A stretch of DNA of 49,593 nt from a virus (IMGVR_UViG_3300025518_000002:1-49593), one strand, 5' to 3'; positions 1-10,496 are shown, numbered from the stretch's first letter. Translations and numbers: made by a program. The notes: generated by a model not told the origin, from the letters alone.

Positions 1-2173
1 CAGTAATAGATTTTAGTGAATTTATTATTGAAGTAATAACAGCTTTAGCGTTAGGATCTACAATTGAAGACAATACTCCTGTAATTGTTGGTTGAGCGAT
101 AGGTGTTCCACCATAAAATCCTAATCCAGAAACGTTTGTACCAGTCTCAACAATTACAGAACCATTACCAAATAGTCTAACTCCAGCAACACCAGCGGCA
201 GTTCCGCAAATATCTAAAGTGTATCTTGAAGCGCTAAGGTTTGCTAATTCCATTAACACTCTTGGTGTTCCAGCGCTAGACATTCCGTATATCTGAAACG
301 AATTTCCTAATCTAAGTCCATTATTTCCAGAGGTTGCTGGAGTTGGTCCTATAGATATGTATGTTCCTGTTACTATAATATTTCCTGTTGTATACGTTCC
401 TGTTGTTATTACGTTTTGAGATCCGAAATCTCCAGGAGTACTTTCAGTTATAACTGTAGATGTTCCAGCGTCGCTTATTTGAGCATCATCTCTAATATCA
501 TTATTTAGGATGTACGCTCCTATTGTTCCTGCGTTAATTCTTATGCTAGCAAGAACTATATTTGCATATCTAACAGCGTAAACACTTGATGCGTCCGGGA
601 TTACACCAAACGCATTAACATCAGCCTGTTTGCTTACTGTATCGTATGCATTTATATATCTAAATTGACCAACGCCTGTCCCTGCTGATATGTATATTGG
701 AGCATTTACAAACCAGTCATCTAAAAGATATCCGTTTGTTGTTGGTTCAAGTATCATATAATTTACATTAAATGGAGCCTGAACAAATCCTGAAACATAT
801 TTATCATGATATCTGAGGATATTATCTATAACAACAATTTTATCTGATCCAGCATCAATAAATATTTCGTAGTAAGTTAGATTTGTTTCTCTACCGTTAC
901 CACTTGCAAAGTTATCTCTAACCATTCCATTCGGGCAAGTATCTACGACTATTCCATTTCTTCCATTATTTTTTGATGTGTTATCGCAAAGTTGTAAACT
1001 AGAAGAATCTGTTACGTATATTCCGTGACCACCAAAAGAATCTGCTGTATTATTTGAAATTCTAACAGTTCTGTTTGATGTATTTGTTGGTATACCTTGA
1101 TTTCTAACAGTTATGCCATCATAATCTGAACCCATTAATGAATCAGCTCTACCAGTACCTTTATTATTTGATATATCAACACCATCGCATCCTAGAACAA
1201 GTATAAATCTAGAATTATTTCTTCCTCTATTTCCTAAAATTTGAACATTAGAACAATCTGCTATTCCAAAACCATATTGTCCAGCACCAGCAACTATAAT
1301 GTCATCATGATCTAGAGCTTCATTGCTTGATATAAGAATACCATCAGAGAGATCGATAAGACATCCACTTATAAGATTTCCTATAAATCTGTTGTTTATA
1401 ACTTCTATATTAGTTGGACGGTTACCACCAACACCTTGTCTGCAAACAAAACCTATACCAGTATTATTTCCTACAGAACCATTTGTTTTGAATTCACAAT
1501 TATCTACAGTTACTTTATCTACAGAAAAGCCACCATCAGCTTCTATATTGATTCCATTTTCAGCAGCAACTGGATCTAGTAAATATCCAGTGTTATTATA
1601 AAATCCATCCTTAAACAATAGTGAACTTCCGCCAATAACAGAACATCCAGCTCTGCGATTGTGATGAGAATTAACTCTTAATTGGAAAATACGATCTGAA
1701 TTTCCTGATATAAATATTCCATCATACCAATGATATAGAAATTCTGTATCTTCAATTCTTACGTTTGTTGAATTTAGTATATATAATCCATAACCACTAT
1801 TAGGAACAATTCCGTTTAGAAGTTGTCCTTCAATTTTCAAACCTTTGATATATACATTATCTATTACGTTTAATCTGAATGCCAAACAATCTTGACCAAC
1901 AATTTCAGATACAAGAATTCTTCCACTAATAGAAAGTAAACTAACATTACTTGGAATATCTATTAAATTAGTTTGTGGATCCAATAGATAGTAAGTCTTG
2001 TCTGAAAACAAAACTATACCACCAACTAATGAAGCTGCATTTAATGCACCTTGTATTCCAACAGAATCATCGTGTGTAGGATCATCTCCGATAGATCCGT
2101 AAGATTCTGGATAAAAGAATCCAGATAATTGAGTATTAGGAATAACTACATTATCACTTTCATCCCAAGACAT
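1..2173 (-). CDS. Right-handed beta-helix (pectate-lyase-like) spike/receptor-binding protein, 3' end outside the window
   Basis: Not in the ORF track because it has no stop in the window. Manual translation from ATG 2173 gives MSWDESDNVVIP...PESYGSIGDDPTHDDSVGIQGALNAA (YGAxGDGxxDD-type motif), then N/I/G-rich repeats, ending LGFYGGTPIAQPTITG. Both ends are in the same frame; the middle was not checked codon by codon. Confidence 0.75.
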   Translation of the reverse strand, partial: MSWDESDNVVIPNTQLSGFFYPESYGSIGDDPTHDDSVGIQGALNAASLVGGIVLFSDKTYYLLDPQTNLIDIPSNVSLLSISGRILVSEIVGQDCLAFRLNVIDNVYIKGLKIEGQLLNGIVPNSGYGLYILNSTNVRIEDTEFLYHWYDGIFISGNSDRIFQLRVNSHHNRRAGCSVIGGSSLLFKDGFYNNTGYLLDPVAAENGINIEADGGFSVDKVTVDNCEFKTNGSVGNNTGIGFVCRQGVGGNRPTNIEVINNRFIGNLISGCLIDLSDGILISSNEALDHDDIIVAGAGQYGFGIADCSNVQILGNRGRNNSRFILVLGCDGVDISNNKGTGRADSLMGSDYDGITVRNQGIPTNTSNRTVRISNNTADSFGGHGIYVTDSSSLQLCDNTSKNNGRNGIVVDTCPNGMVRDNFASGNGRETNLTYYEIFIDAGSDKIVVIDNILRYHDKYVSGFVQAPFNVNYMILEPTTNGYLLDDWFVNAPIYISAGTGVGQFRYINAYDTVSKQADVNAFGVIPDASSVYAVRYANIVLASIRINAGTIGAYILNNDIRDDAQISDAGTSTVITESTPGDFGSQNVITTGTYTTGNIIVTGTYISIGPTPATSGNNGLRLGNSFQIYGMSSAGTPRVLMELANLSASRYTLDICGTAAGVAGVRLFGNGSVIVETGTNVSGLGFYGGTPIAQPTITGVLSSIVDPNAKAVITSIINSLKSIT

Positions 2174-2240
2174 AATTTACCTTACACTTTCTAGTTACGT
2201 TATACTACTACATTTACTACTAAGGTTTTACACTCAACTA

Positions 2241-2687
2241 TTAAACGTTTTTCAATCCAAACGTCATTTCCTTAGTAGAGTAACGTATATAACTAGAAAT
2301 CAACTCCTGTCCTATAATTGCATTAATATCTAAAACTTCATCAACTGAAACGCAAACCATTATATTCTTTTCAAATGGCGTCCATTCTGTTCGTGGATGC
2401 CAAATAGCATGAGTACCTGGAAGAATGAATTTTGCAGGCAGATAAGGAACATTAGCTCCAGATGCAACTAGGTCGTTTACGTTTTGTTTATCTGTATCGA
2501 AAACTAGTATCCATCTACCTACAGGAGAATCTATAGATAACTGAATATCCATATCTATTACTCTTGTGGCCGATGTTAGTATAACAGAAAAATCTTCGTA
2601 ACCACTTTCCGTATTAGTTCTAAATGTTGCACGACAGTGATTCTTACGGATACCAGCTTGTAAGTTAACTATGTTTGCGCGAGCCAT
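2241..2687 (-). CDS. Hypothetical protein, beta-rich, probably virion-associated
   Basis: 148-aa ORF co-oriented between two putative structural genes. Confidence 0.55.
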   Translation of the reverse strand: MARANIVNLQAGIRKNHCRATFRTNTESGYEDFSVILTSATRVIDMDIQLSIDSPVGRWILVFDTDKQNVNDLVASGANVPYLPAKFILPGTHAIWHPRTEWTPFEKNIMVCVSVDEVLDINAIIGQELISSYIRYSTKEMTFGLKNV

Positions 2688-2749
2688 TTTTATTTACCGT
2701 TCCCTTCAATCTTGGGATAATTATAATACAGATAATACTAAAAAACACA

Positions 2750-4021
2750 TCAATAGAATTCTTGAAAATTAATGTTTGCATTAACAATGCAGTTTCCACC
2801 AACACTAGTAGCTACAACACATAATACATCTTGTACATTCAATAAACCTGTATAGACAAGCGGAAACTTTCTATAAGATTGACCTGATGTAATCCCTCTT
2901 GTGCTTCCCGCTCCGGCTGGAATACAACCAGAATTGATTACTATTCCACCAGCAATTACATCTGCATTTAGATTATATTGAGTTATTGAAAAATTAGCAT
3001 CAACATCTAACCATGTAGGAGCAACTCCTCCAGCAGTTAATGTTGTTGGATTTAATACAAGTTCAAATGTGCCGGAATTTGTTCCGACCATTATATCTAA
3101 TTCTTTGAATAATATTTGACCTATATTTCTAATACCATTTGGACCAGTTGTTTTAGCTCTTATACTTATAACAGGTCTTCTTGTAGTTACAGTTATAGGA
3201 GATGCTGCTGGACGTAAAACAGAAAACTCAATTCCTCTTTGATCTTCAAATCCGCCTTCACTAATAACTGAAGTGCATATATGTTTCATTGTTCCAATAT
3301 TTTGCAATACTCCTGTACTTTCAATCTCCATTCTTATAGGAAGGTTAGCTGATTTCATATAAACAGATGTTAGTCTATTTGCATTCAAAAAGTAATGACA
3401 CCAATAAATTTTTCCATCAACATCCCAACCAACTCTTACTCTTCCAACACCAAGCCACTGAAGATCTATTACAAGAATTTGTGCTTTAGAAAAGTCTAAA
3501 TCAATTCCACTTATACCGTTTCCATCCATTCTATCTATATTCCAATTCAATTGATCGAATGAATTTAGATCGCTTGGAGCCCCGGATGTGCTTGTTCTTA
3601 GAGTTAATTTAGCAGTTTGATCTTTTAGTTCAAAAAATATTCCATCATTTTGATCAAAATATCCATATCTTCTTTGGAGGTTATTTGTTTTACCTCCATT
3701 CATTACGAATGTTAATAATACAAGTTGTGATTTTCCAGGTTGATATCTATGGTATTGTCTTGTTTGTCTAACTACTTTATTTCCAGCTAATAAATCTCCA
3801 GTAGATAACTCAACTGATGATTCGCTGTATAAGTTTGATTTTGTTCCTGCTCCTGTTAATTGAGTTTCCCATACTAAAGTACTATCTCCATATTGTTGAG
3901 AGTTATCAAATAATGTAACAGGATCACTAACTCTCCATCTTGAAAATGCATCAATGCTTGGACTATCCGAAGCACTAATAGATATTGATTCTGGAAGTTC
4001 TAATTGTGTATCCCATGACAT
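2750..4021 (-). CDS. Putative viral structural protein, beta-rich/lectin-like
   Basis: 423 aa; DAFSRWRVSDPVTLFD, RQTRQYHRYQPGKSQL and DLQWLGVGRVRVG resemble a widespread uncharacterised phage family (recalled, not searched). Confidence 0.55.
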   Translation of the reverse strand: MSWDTQLELPESISISASDSPSIDAFSRWRVSDPVTLFDNSQQYGDSTLVWETQLTGAGTKSNLYSESSVELSTGDLLAGNKVVRQTRQYHRYQPGKSQLVLLTFVMNGGKTNNLQRRYGYFDQNDGIFFELKDQTAKLTLRTSTSGAPSDLNSFDQLNWNIDRMDGNGISGIDLDFSKAQILVIDLQWLGVGRVRVGWDVDGKIYWCHYFLNANRLTSVYMKSANLPIRMEIESTGVLQNIGTMKHICTSVISEGGFEDQRGIEFSVLRPAASPITVTTRRPVISIRAKTTGPNGIRNIGQILFKELDIMVGTNSGTFELVLNPTTLTAGGVAPTWLDVDANFSITQYNLNADVIAGGIVINSGCIPAGAGSTRGITSGQSYRKFPLVYTGLLNVQDVLCVVATSVGGNCIVNANINFQEFY

Positions 4022-4042
4022 TACTTGTTGCCCCCATCATTC

Positions 4043-5164
4043 TTAATAATGTAAATCATTCCACTCTGGACCTTGAATAGTATCCAGACGTCCGCCGAAT
4101 GGATTTATAATCTTATTGATAGGATCAATAAATTCTGGTTGCATTTGAAAGTAAGCTTGACGCTTATTGCTAGTCTTACGCATCTTACGGAATACACGAG
4201 CACCAACATAACCAGTAGGACGAGTTTGATCTATCGCTGGAGACCAAGGTAGTCGTCCGTTCTTTTCATCACCAGCAACATCTAAGTGTTCCATTAACAT
4301 CGCACCATCAACACCATGCAAAGCCTTTAATGGTCCTGCCATATCACCTTGCTTTGTACCATGAGCGATAATCAATATTGTACGCTTATCAAGACCTTTG
4401 TAAGGACCTTCAGCTTTTGCTCTATCGTACAAGATAGATATACACGATGTTACCTGCGACGGAGATCCTGGTTCACCTTGAAGTTGCTCGTTAATCAATT
4501 CCATTAATGAGTCTATAACCCATGTCTTAGCATTGATAGTATCTAAAGCACCAATCAAGTCGTGTATTGATTTTGAACGAGCTATTTTGAAATTAGGCTC
4601 AGATACGCGTTCTGCTGTTTCTATGATCGAATCATCATCTTCTTCAGACGAACCGTAAGCACCACCGTAACCGTAATGCATTCCAAACTTTTGAATGTGC
4701 GATATTGCTTGAGTGCATATTGTAGATTTACCTGCACCAGGAGGTCCAGCAACCATCAATACATATCCGAGCGATAAACCTCCACCGATCACATGATCTA
4801 AACCTAATACTCCTGTCGTAGACCGTTGTATTGGTTCACGCTTGTGATTTGTAGGGTCTGTTATCTTTACTTTTTTACTGCTACTAAAGCTTGGATTGAA
4901 TGCAGATGAATTATTGAAACGCTCAAACAATCCATGCTTAGATGAGTTGTTTGTTTGTATTTTAGGTTCACGTATACGAGCTTGATCTAATGGTATTGAT
5001 TTAAATGTGTTGATTGAAAAGCATGACGGACAAGATACAGGAGGTCGCTTACTAGATAAGATTCTATCCAATCCGCAATTAGAGCAACGTACTGCGGATT
5101 GGATTATTTGTTCAGTTACAATATCAAGAGAATCTTCTTGATCAAAATCTTCTGTATTGTTCAT
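4043..5164 (-). CDS. RadA/Sms-like RecA-family ATPase with N-terminal Zn ribbon, lacking the Lon-like C-terminal domain
   Basis: CSNCG...CPSC; TGVLGLDHVIGGGL; Walker A GPPGAGKST; Walker B WVIDS; HGTKQGDMAGPLKALHGVD matches RadA HVTKxGxxAGPxxLEHxVD. Confidence 0.8.
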   Translation of the reverse strand: MNNTEDFDQEDSLDIVTEQIIQSAVRCSNCGLDRILSSKRPPVSCPSCFSINTFKSIPLDQARIREPKIQTNNSSKHGLFERFNNSSAFNPSFSSSKKVKITDPTNHKREPIQRSTTGVLGLDHVIGGGLSLGYVLMVAGPPGAGKSTICTQAISHIQKFGMHYGYGGAYGSSEEDDDSIIETAERVSEPNFKIARSKSIHDLIGALDTINAKTWVIDSLMELINEQLQGEPGSPSQVTSCISILYDRAKAEGPYKGLDKRTILIIAHGTKQGDMAGPLKALHGVDGAMLMEHLDVAGDEKNGRLPWSPAIDQTRPTGYVGARVFRKMRKTSNKRQAYFQMQPEFIDPINKIINPFGGRLDTIQGPEWNDLHY

Positions 5165-5331
5165 TTGTTTTTCTTACGATTTTTCGCTGCTTTTTTACCA
5201 GCTATAGATCGCGAACGTCTAGCCTCACTTAAACCAATAGCTACAGCTTGCTCATGAGGATAACCTTCATGATGTAGCTTTCGTATATTTTTGGATATAG
5301 TGTCTTTGGACCAACCACGTTTTAGAGGCAT
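5161..5331 (-). CDS. Small basic phage protein (MPLKxG...QAVAIxL type)
   Basis: Manual translation, 56 aa: MPLKRGWSKDTISKNIRKLHHEGYPHEQAVAIGLSEARRSRSIAGKKAAKNRKKNK; ATGA overlap with the next gene. Confidence 0.75.
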   Translation of the reverse strand: MPLKRGWSKDTISKNIRKLHHEGYPHEQAVAIGLSEARRSRSIAGKKAAKNRKKNK

Positions 5332-5373
5332 TATGAATCTTCTCCTCTATTCCAAAGAATCCATTTTTTACAT

Positions 5374-6432
5374 TTAAGAAACAGCCCAGATAATTAAACC
5401 ACCAACAACAATCACACCAGTAATAAGAATTGGTTTCTTATTTTTCTTATATATATCAGAGATGTTCATCATCGATGCGTCCATAGATGTCGAAGTTGAA
5501 GACACTTTATCTGAAGATGGATTACTTGTTTTTTCTACACTAGTAATCATTCTATCTCCGCCACCTGGAGATGAGCTTATTGGAGCTTCACTTCGTGGCG
5601 ATACAGCACTTCCTGTTGGTTTACTAATTGAAGATTTACCATTAGGAAATACAGGATCAAATTGAACTTGCGCAGCACCAACACCTTCTGCTTTTACAAG
5701 ATCAATTACTAATCCGTATACACCAGGATCTTTACTAAGGAATACATCCTTACGAAGATCTACAGATCTTCCGTCCAACTCAGCTTTCTTAGATACAAGT
5801 GTTATTCCGTGAGAATAATCACTATACATCGATTCATGTATAGTTGAATAAGGCTGAACTATCGCTCCTGCTGATGACCAACGACCTCCGTAGATGGCAA
5901 CTTTAGAACCATCTAATCCTGGACCAACTACAATTGATTTACGATAACCAATTGCTGTTTCATCGTTTTCACCTGGAGATATACCAGCTTTTTCAAATAT
6001 CTTGTTAGCTAGATTATTTGCAGCTACAAGAGCATTATGTGTTTCGATCTTAGCAAGAGGAATATTGTATGGAGCTACCTTAACATCTGTGTATGCAAAC
6101 TTTGGATCTGCCTGCTTTTGAATCTCACGAAGTATTCTAGTTGAAGGTAGTATCGAATCGTAATAGTCAGCAACACGTTGAGCGCAAAATGGCGATTCTC
6201 GACCTACACGGAAAGGATCTTCATCTGTACCTAAAGCGAAATAATCAGGAGCTACCAATAAAGTAAGCTCATGACCGTTACCTTTGATTACTACTTCTTT
6301 CCAATAGTCTTCACCAATATAATCAGGAACATGGTCTTTCTCTAGGTGTCGTATAACGATCTTGTCTACATCTGCGGTTGTTACGGCAGATGTAAGCTCT
6401 TCTTCTATTTCTGTTCCGGTGCTCATTTGCAA
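5374..6432 (-). CDS. Conserved-hypothetical enzyme-like domain with S/T-rich linker and C-terminal TM anchor
   Basis: VAPDYFALG, KVAIYG and HESMYSDYSHG motifs; hydrophobic C-terminus PILITGVIVVGGLIIWAV. Confidence 0.6.
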   Translation of the reverse strand: MQMSTGTEIEEELTSAVTTADVDKIVIRHLEKDHVPDYIGEDYWKEVVIKGNGHELTLLVAPDYFALGTDEDPFRVGRESPFCAQRVADYYDSILPSTRILREIQKQADPKFAYTDVKVAPYNIPLAKIETHNALVAANNLANKIFEKAGISPGENDETAIGYRKSIVVGPGLDGSKVAIYGGRWSSAGAIVQPYSTIHESMYSDYSHGITLVSKKAELDGRSVDLRKDVFLSKDPGVYGLVIDLVKAEGVGAAQVQFDPVFPNGKSSISKPTGSAVSPRSEAPISSSPGGGDRMITSVEKTSNPSSDKVSSTSTSMDASMMNISDIYKKNKKPILITGVIVVGGLIIWAVS

Positions 6433-6845
6433 ACTCCAAGTTCTTGTAACACTGTAACTAACGCATCGCCTAACAATTTAGATACAGGACCAGAAACAGG
6501 TAGATGTTCAATTAATGGCAATAGATCATTTACAGCTTGACATGCTGAACGTTGAAATTCGTTTTCACCGTCAGACATATTATTAATCAAATCACGAAGT
6601 TTGTTTTGAGTTTCAGTAACGTCTTGTCCATCAAGAAATGATTTATTATCAGCACCAAGTATAATTTTCAATTCTTTTACAGGAGCGTAAGGTTTAACTT
6701 CCATTCCATTTTGCGGAAGCCATTCTAGTAATGCTTCTTGCTTAGGATAATCAATATATAGAACTCTAGCTTTTCGATCGTCATTAGTTCCATGTCCAGA
6801 CCAACGAACAACCATTCCAACTTCTAGTTCCATATCTATATCCAA
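6423..6845 (-). CDS. Hypothetical protein, N-terminal SH3/KOW-like pattern
   Basis: LEVGMVVRW...ARVLYID. Confidence 0.5.
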   Translation of the reverse strand: MDIDMELEVGMVVRWSGHGTNDDRKARVLYIDYPKQEALLEWLPQNGMEVKPYAPVKELKIILGADNKSFLDGQDVTETQNKLRDLINNMSDGENEFQRSACQAVNDLLPLIEHLPVSGPVSKLLGDALVTVLQELGVCK

Positions 6846-6877
6846 GCTTTCTATTGTAAAGTTAATTAACTAATAAT

Positions 6878-7132
6878 CTATTCAGCGGCATGTCCAGGAA
6901 GATGACCGTTAGGTATAGTTGCTATACGTGAACCTTTTAGAGTAGCTACATCTTCACGAAGTTGTTGAAGATTGCTTCCGTGAGCCTTAAAGTCTTGTTT
7001 TAGCTCTTTCGTATCTTCTCTAACTTCAATAATTTCTTGCTTTATACCACCAACTTTTATAAACACTCCTATAATGCTTATTAATGTTGCGACACCACCT
7101 AATATACCTAGTCCAGCAAGTAAATCTGACAT
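6878..7132 (-). CDS. Single-TM coiled-coil protein (holin/hemolysin-like)
   Basis: N-terminal TM followed by heptad repeats. Confidence 0.55.
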   Translation of the reverse strand: MSDLLAGLGILGGVATLISIIGVFIKVGGIKQEIIEVREDTKELKQDFKAHGSNLQQLREDVATLKGSRIATIPNGHLPGHAAE

Positions 7133-7141
7133 TTTTTATAT

Positions 7142-7423
7142 TTATTCCTGTTTACCTTTTTCTGCAGCATCCTCTTTAGACCAACCACTTTGAGCAACCA
7201 TCGCAGAAGCTGAAAATGCCGCGAATGCGGCAATGATCTTATTCTGAGCCTGATCCCAAGTTATCTGTCCTTTTACAGCGGATACCATAAGACCAATAGT
7301 GAATATTAATCCTATTACGAATACTACAAATGCAACGAAACCCTTGCGAGATGTTATTACACGATTGAAGACAGATTTATTGTCTTCTAACGATTTAGTT
7401 TTTAATGGTAATGGATCGGACAT
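7142..7423 (-). CDS. Putative holin, two TM segments
   Basis: TSRK followed by two hydrophobic helices and a charged tail. Confidence 0.55.
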   Translation of the reverse strand: MSDPLPLKTKSLEDNKSVFNRVITSRKGFVAFVVFVIGLIFTIGLMVSAVKGQITWDQAQNKIIAAFAAFSASAMVAQSGWSKEDAAEKGKQE

Positions 7424-7425
7424 TT

Positions 7426-7584
7426 TTACTTCTTTACCTTTATAACGTATTTTTTACCAGGATAATTTCTATCCATAAAACGAATTGCTTCTTCTGCGTC
7501 TTTTTTACGATCGTGCGTTGAGACTAATTCATCTCCAAACATTTTTGATTCAAATACATAGTAAAGTTTTGTGTTTCTAGGCAT
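7426..7584 (-). CDS. Small hypothetical protein
   Basis: Manual translation, 52 aa, MPRNTKLYYVFESKMFGDELVSTHDRKKDAEEAI...; fills the operon gap. Confidence 0.6.
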   Translation of the reverse strand: MPRNTKLYYVFESKMFGDELVSTHDRKKDAEEAIRFMDRNYPGKKYVIKVKK

Positions 7585-7585
7585 T

Positions 7586-7966
7586 TTAGTATTTTACAAA
7601 CTCCGCTTTAGATTCTGTTCCGTACATCTCTTTAGATAACGCTTTAGCAGCTTTAGATGCTGCACCTTTTGTACCGTGTGAACTATGTATTGCGCCAGAT
7701 CCTGATTGAACTAAATAAGATCCATTTGGAGCTTTATAGTAAATTATACGATGTTGACGAGTTTTAATTATCAAACTTAGTCCATTTGATCTATTTCTAG
7801 ATGATGTTGGATTGTAATATTCTACTTTAGAAAATCCTTGTCGTTCAGCTATCACTTTACCAGCCGACATCGCCGCTTCTTTTGAATGATGATAGCTAAA
7901 TTCAATTCCTGTTGGACCATAAACTCTATATAAGCTTCCATCTTTTACGACCTTAACTTTACGCAT
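7586..7966 (-). CDS. Basic protein with duplicated SxHx(S/T)KxAA motif
   Basis: SYHHSKEAAMSAGK and SSHGTKGAASKAAK. Confidence 0.55.
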   Translation of the reverse strand: MRKVKVVKDGSLYRVYGPTGIEFSYHHSKEAAMSAGKVIAERQGFSKVEYYNPTSSRNRSNGLSLIIKTRQHRIIYYKAPNGSYLVQSGSGAIHSSHGTKGAASKAAKALSKEMYGTESKAEFVKY

Positions 7967-9282
7967 TATTTACCACCACTTTCATCTTCCTTATTAATAC
8001 CAGCAGCCTTCAACAACCTCGTTAATCCATTAGCAGGATTTTCACCTTCACCAACACCAAGTATAGATTCCTTAACCTTCTTTTCAGAATTCTCAATCAT
8101 TTGATCGAAGTAGAATTCTTGGAAAAGCGAGAATGTGTCATCAATAGTCTGTTCGTCTAATCCAACCATATCCTTCAACATACCACGAACCATTTCAGGA
8201 TCGGATGTTCCAGGATTCTTTTGAAGTGTATTCATAATGTTCTTAAGAATAACTTCAGCCTTAGATTGACGCGATGTAACCTTTCCAGCTTTCTCTTCCT
8301 GCTTTGATTTCAACCAACGATTCATTACAGCAAAACCCATCGGTAATGCTTGCATAGTTTTTTCTAATGCTGTTTGCAAAGCAGCCATTTTTAGTTCTGC
8401 CATCTGCTCATTGAGCTTACGTTGAGCAGAACTATCCATCAATGTATTCATCAAATCAATTCGTTGAACTTCACGATCTTCGTGACGTGAGTTTGAAGCC
8501 TCTAAACGACGAGAATGGTTCTCAATCAAGTCTAGAGCTCTAAACAATACAACGTTAGCCATCTGCGTCGCATCGATGTTTGCTCGCAGGAATATAGCAT
8601 GTTGGTTGTTTACGTTACCTAAACCTCCACCATTACCAAAACCACCGCCTCCTCCATTCGCGCCGAATGGACCACCGTATCCAGATCCTCCAAAAAAACC
8701 TCCTGACATTCCACCTTGATGCGGTTGACCGTAATGCTGCATTTGAGGAGGAAGATGTATTCCGCAAGTGAATGGTTCCCAAGCTGTTATTTCACCATCA
8801 TCGGATCGAAAGTGACATCGAACTTCAAATCGCTGTTGCGGAAATTCTGATTGATATGCACGATAACGCATTTCAATCTTTTGTTCGATTGTCTGGTGTA
8901 AGTCTTCGTCGATATCTTGAGGCTCAATCGGTTCAGTTAGAATAACTGTAGATGTATCTAAATGGATAAGCTCTAATGCGAACCAAGGTATAGTTATCAT
9001 TTGTCCATCTGGACCACGACCCTTTTTACCTCGATGCCATACACGAATAGCTGCAAGCAAATCTGGTAGATTTACAGTTTGTTCTCGCTGTCCGTATAAC
9101 TGAGAATGTGATGGATTGTTTGATGGTGGAGCGGAAAACTGACGTGTTTGATTATTTGGATTGTTTTGTTGATTATGTTGATTAGGATTGTTACCAATAT
9201 TACCAAAAGGACTTTGACCTCCACCGAATGGTGAAGGTGGAAAAAGTCCGTTTGGTTTACGATCGTTATTATCAACTGACAT
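7966..9282 (-). CDS. Hypothetical protein with N/Q- and G/F-rich low-complexity tracts and coiled coil
   Basis: 438-aa ORF composition. Confidence 0.65.
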   Translation of the reverse strand: MSVDNNDRKPNGLFPPSPFGGGQSPFGNIGNNPNQHNQQNNPNNQTRQFSAPPSNNPSHSQLYGQREQTVNLPDLLAAIRVWHRGKKGRGPDGQMITIPWFALELIHLDTSTVILTEPIEPQDIDEDLHQTIEQKIEMRYRAYQSEFPQQRFEVRCHFRSDDGEITAWEPFTCGIHLPPQMQHYGQPHQGGMSGGFFGGSGYGGPFGANGGGGGFGNGGGLGNVNNQHAIFLRANIDATQMANVVLFRALDLIENHSRRLEASNSRHEDREVQRIDLMNTLMDSSAQRKLNEQMAELKMAALQTALEKTMQALPMGFAVMNRWLKSKQEEKAGKVTSRQSKAEVILKNIMNTLQKNPGTSDPEMVRGMLKDMVGLDEQTIDDTFSLFQEFYFDQMIENSEKKVKESILGVGEGENPANGLTRLLKAAGINKEDESGGK

Positions 9283-9354
9283 ATCTATTATTCCAAAGAT
9301 ATACTATTAAGAGAATAAACGATAGAATTCTAAAGTAATTAAACAAGTAATAAA

Positions 9355-9990
9355 TCAACGTAATCCAATAGATTTACGAGCAGCCATCATTGAAATAACT
9401 TGTGGAGCAGCAACTACAGCAACAATTCCAACAACAATAACAACTCCACCGATGATAATCCATTTCCATGGAATATCAGATGGAGGAGTGAATTTTGGAT
9501 CTGAAGGATAATCTATATCTTTAATATCTAATTTATAACCAAGAGCTTTGTATTGATCTTTACGATCTTTTAGAGATTGTTCGAATGCTTTAATATGGCT
9601 CATTTCCTCTGAACCTGCCCATGAGCTTTTCTTTAGCTCACGATAGTAACCAGGATCGAATGCGAATGAACCTTCAGCTTCATCATCGTCTCCACCCCAA
9701 TCATAAATCAATCCAGATATTGCAGATAGAAACTTTTCATGCTTGATTTTTTCAGAATCACCAAGCTTTAGATATTCACGCTTACCAAATATTGGATTAG
9801 CATCTATTTCTTTTTTGAAGTTAAATAGATCGCTATCAAAGAATTTAGCTTCAGCTTGAACTTCATCGTTATTAACGACTAAATTTACACCAGTACGAAC
9901 AATAACATTTGAATGATTTGCAAGTACGATATTCTTTTTAACTGAAAAATTATCGTTCACATAGTTTTTAACTGAAACTAAATTCATCAT
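9355..9990 (-). CDS. Membrane-anchored protein, C-terminal TM
   Basis: IPWKWIIIGGVVIVVGIVAVVAAP. Confidence 0.65.
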   Translation of the reverse strand: MMNLVSVKNYVNDNFSVKKNIVLANHSNVIVRTGVNLVVNNDEVQAEAKFFDSDLFNFKKEIDANPIFGKREYLKLGDSEKIKHEKFLSAISGLIYDWGGDDDEAEGSFAFDPGYYRELKKSSWAGSEEMSHIKAFEQSLKDRKDQYKALGYKLDIKDIDYPSDPKFTPPSDIPWKWIIIGGVVIVVGIVAVVAAPQVISMMAARKSIGLR

Positions 9991-9992
9991 AA

Positions 9993-10496
9993 CTATTTGT
10001 CCTTAATCGACTTGCGTTCTCTGTACGCTAATTTAGTTTCAGCCAATATAGAATTACGATTACCGAATTGTTCGTATCTAAACAATTTAGAGTTTGGAGG
10101 AGCTTCTAGTATAATCCATCTAACACGAGGATCATATCTTAATCTACTAGATGACCACTTCTGTATACTTAGTACAAACAGATCTTTAGATTCTATACCA
10201 TCGTTAGTATCTTTTGCTCCAGAAACACGCTTAGCTTCATTCCATAATCTAATTAATTGATCTTCATTGTTTGAAAGCTCTAGAGCGCAATCTAAAAACA
10301 CTATCGCTGATGAATCTCGTAGCTTAAATAGTTTAGAAGCAGATTCGTCTTTTGGACTTTTGATTACTATCACTTCACGAAGTAGTGGGCTGTTTTTTAA
10401 GTGATAATCGTAACGATCTTTGATCTGCTTTATGATCAATTTTCGTTCTCTGTAACGTGCATATAAACCAATACCGTCTATAGCAAAGCCTAACAT
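9993..10496 (-). CDS. Hypothetical protein
   Basis: 167-aa ORF in operon. Confidence 0.55.
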   Translation of the reverse strand: MLGFAIDGIGLYARYRERKLIIKQIKDRYDYHLKNSPLLREVIVIKSPKDESASKLFKLRDSSAIVFLDCALELSNNEDQLIRLWNEAKRVSGAKDTNDGIESKDLFVLSIQKWSSSRLRYDPRVRWIILEAPPNSKLFRYEQFGNRNSILAETKLAYRERKSIKDK

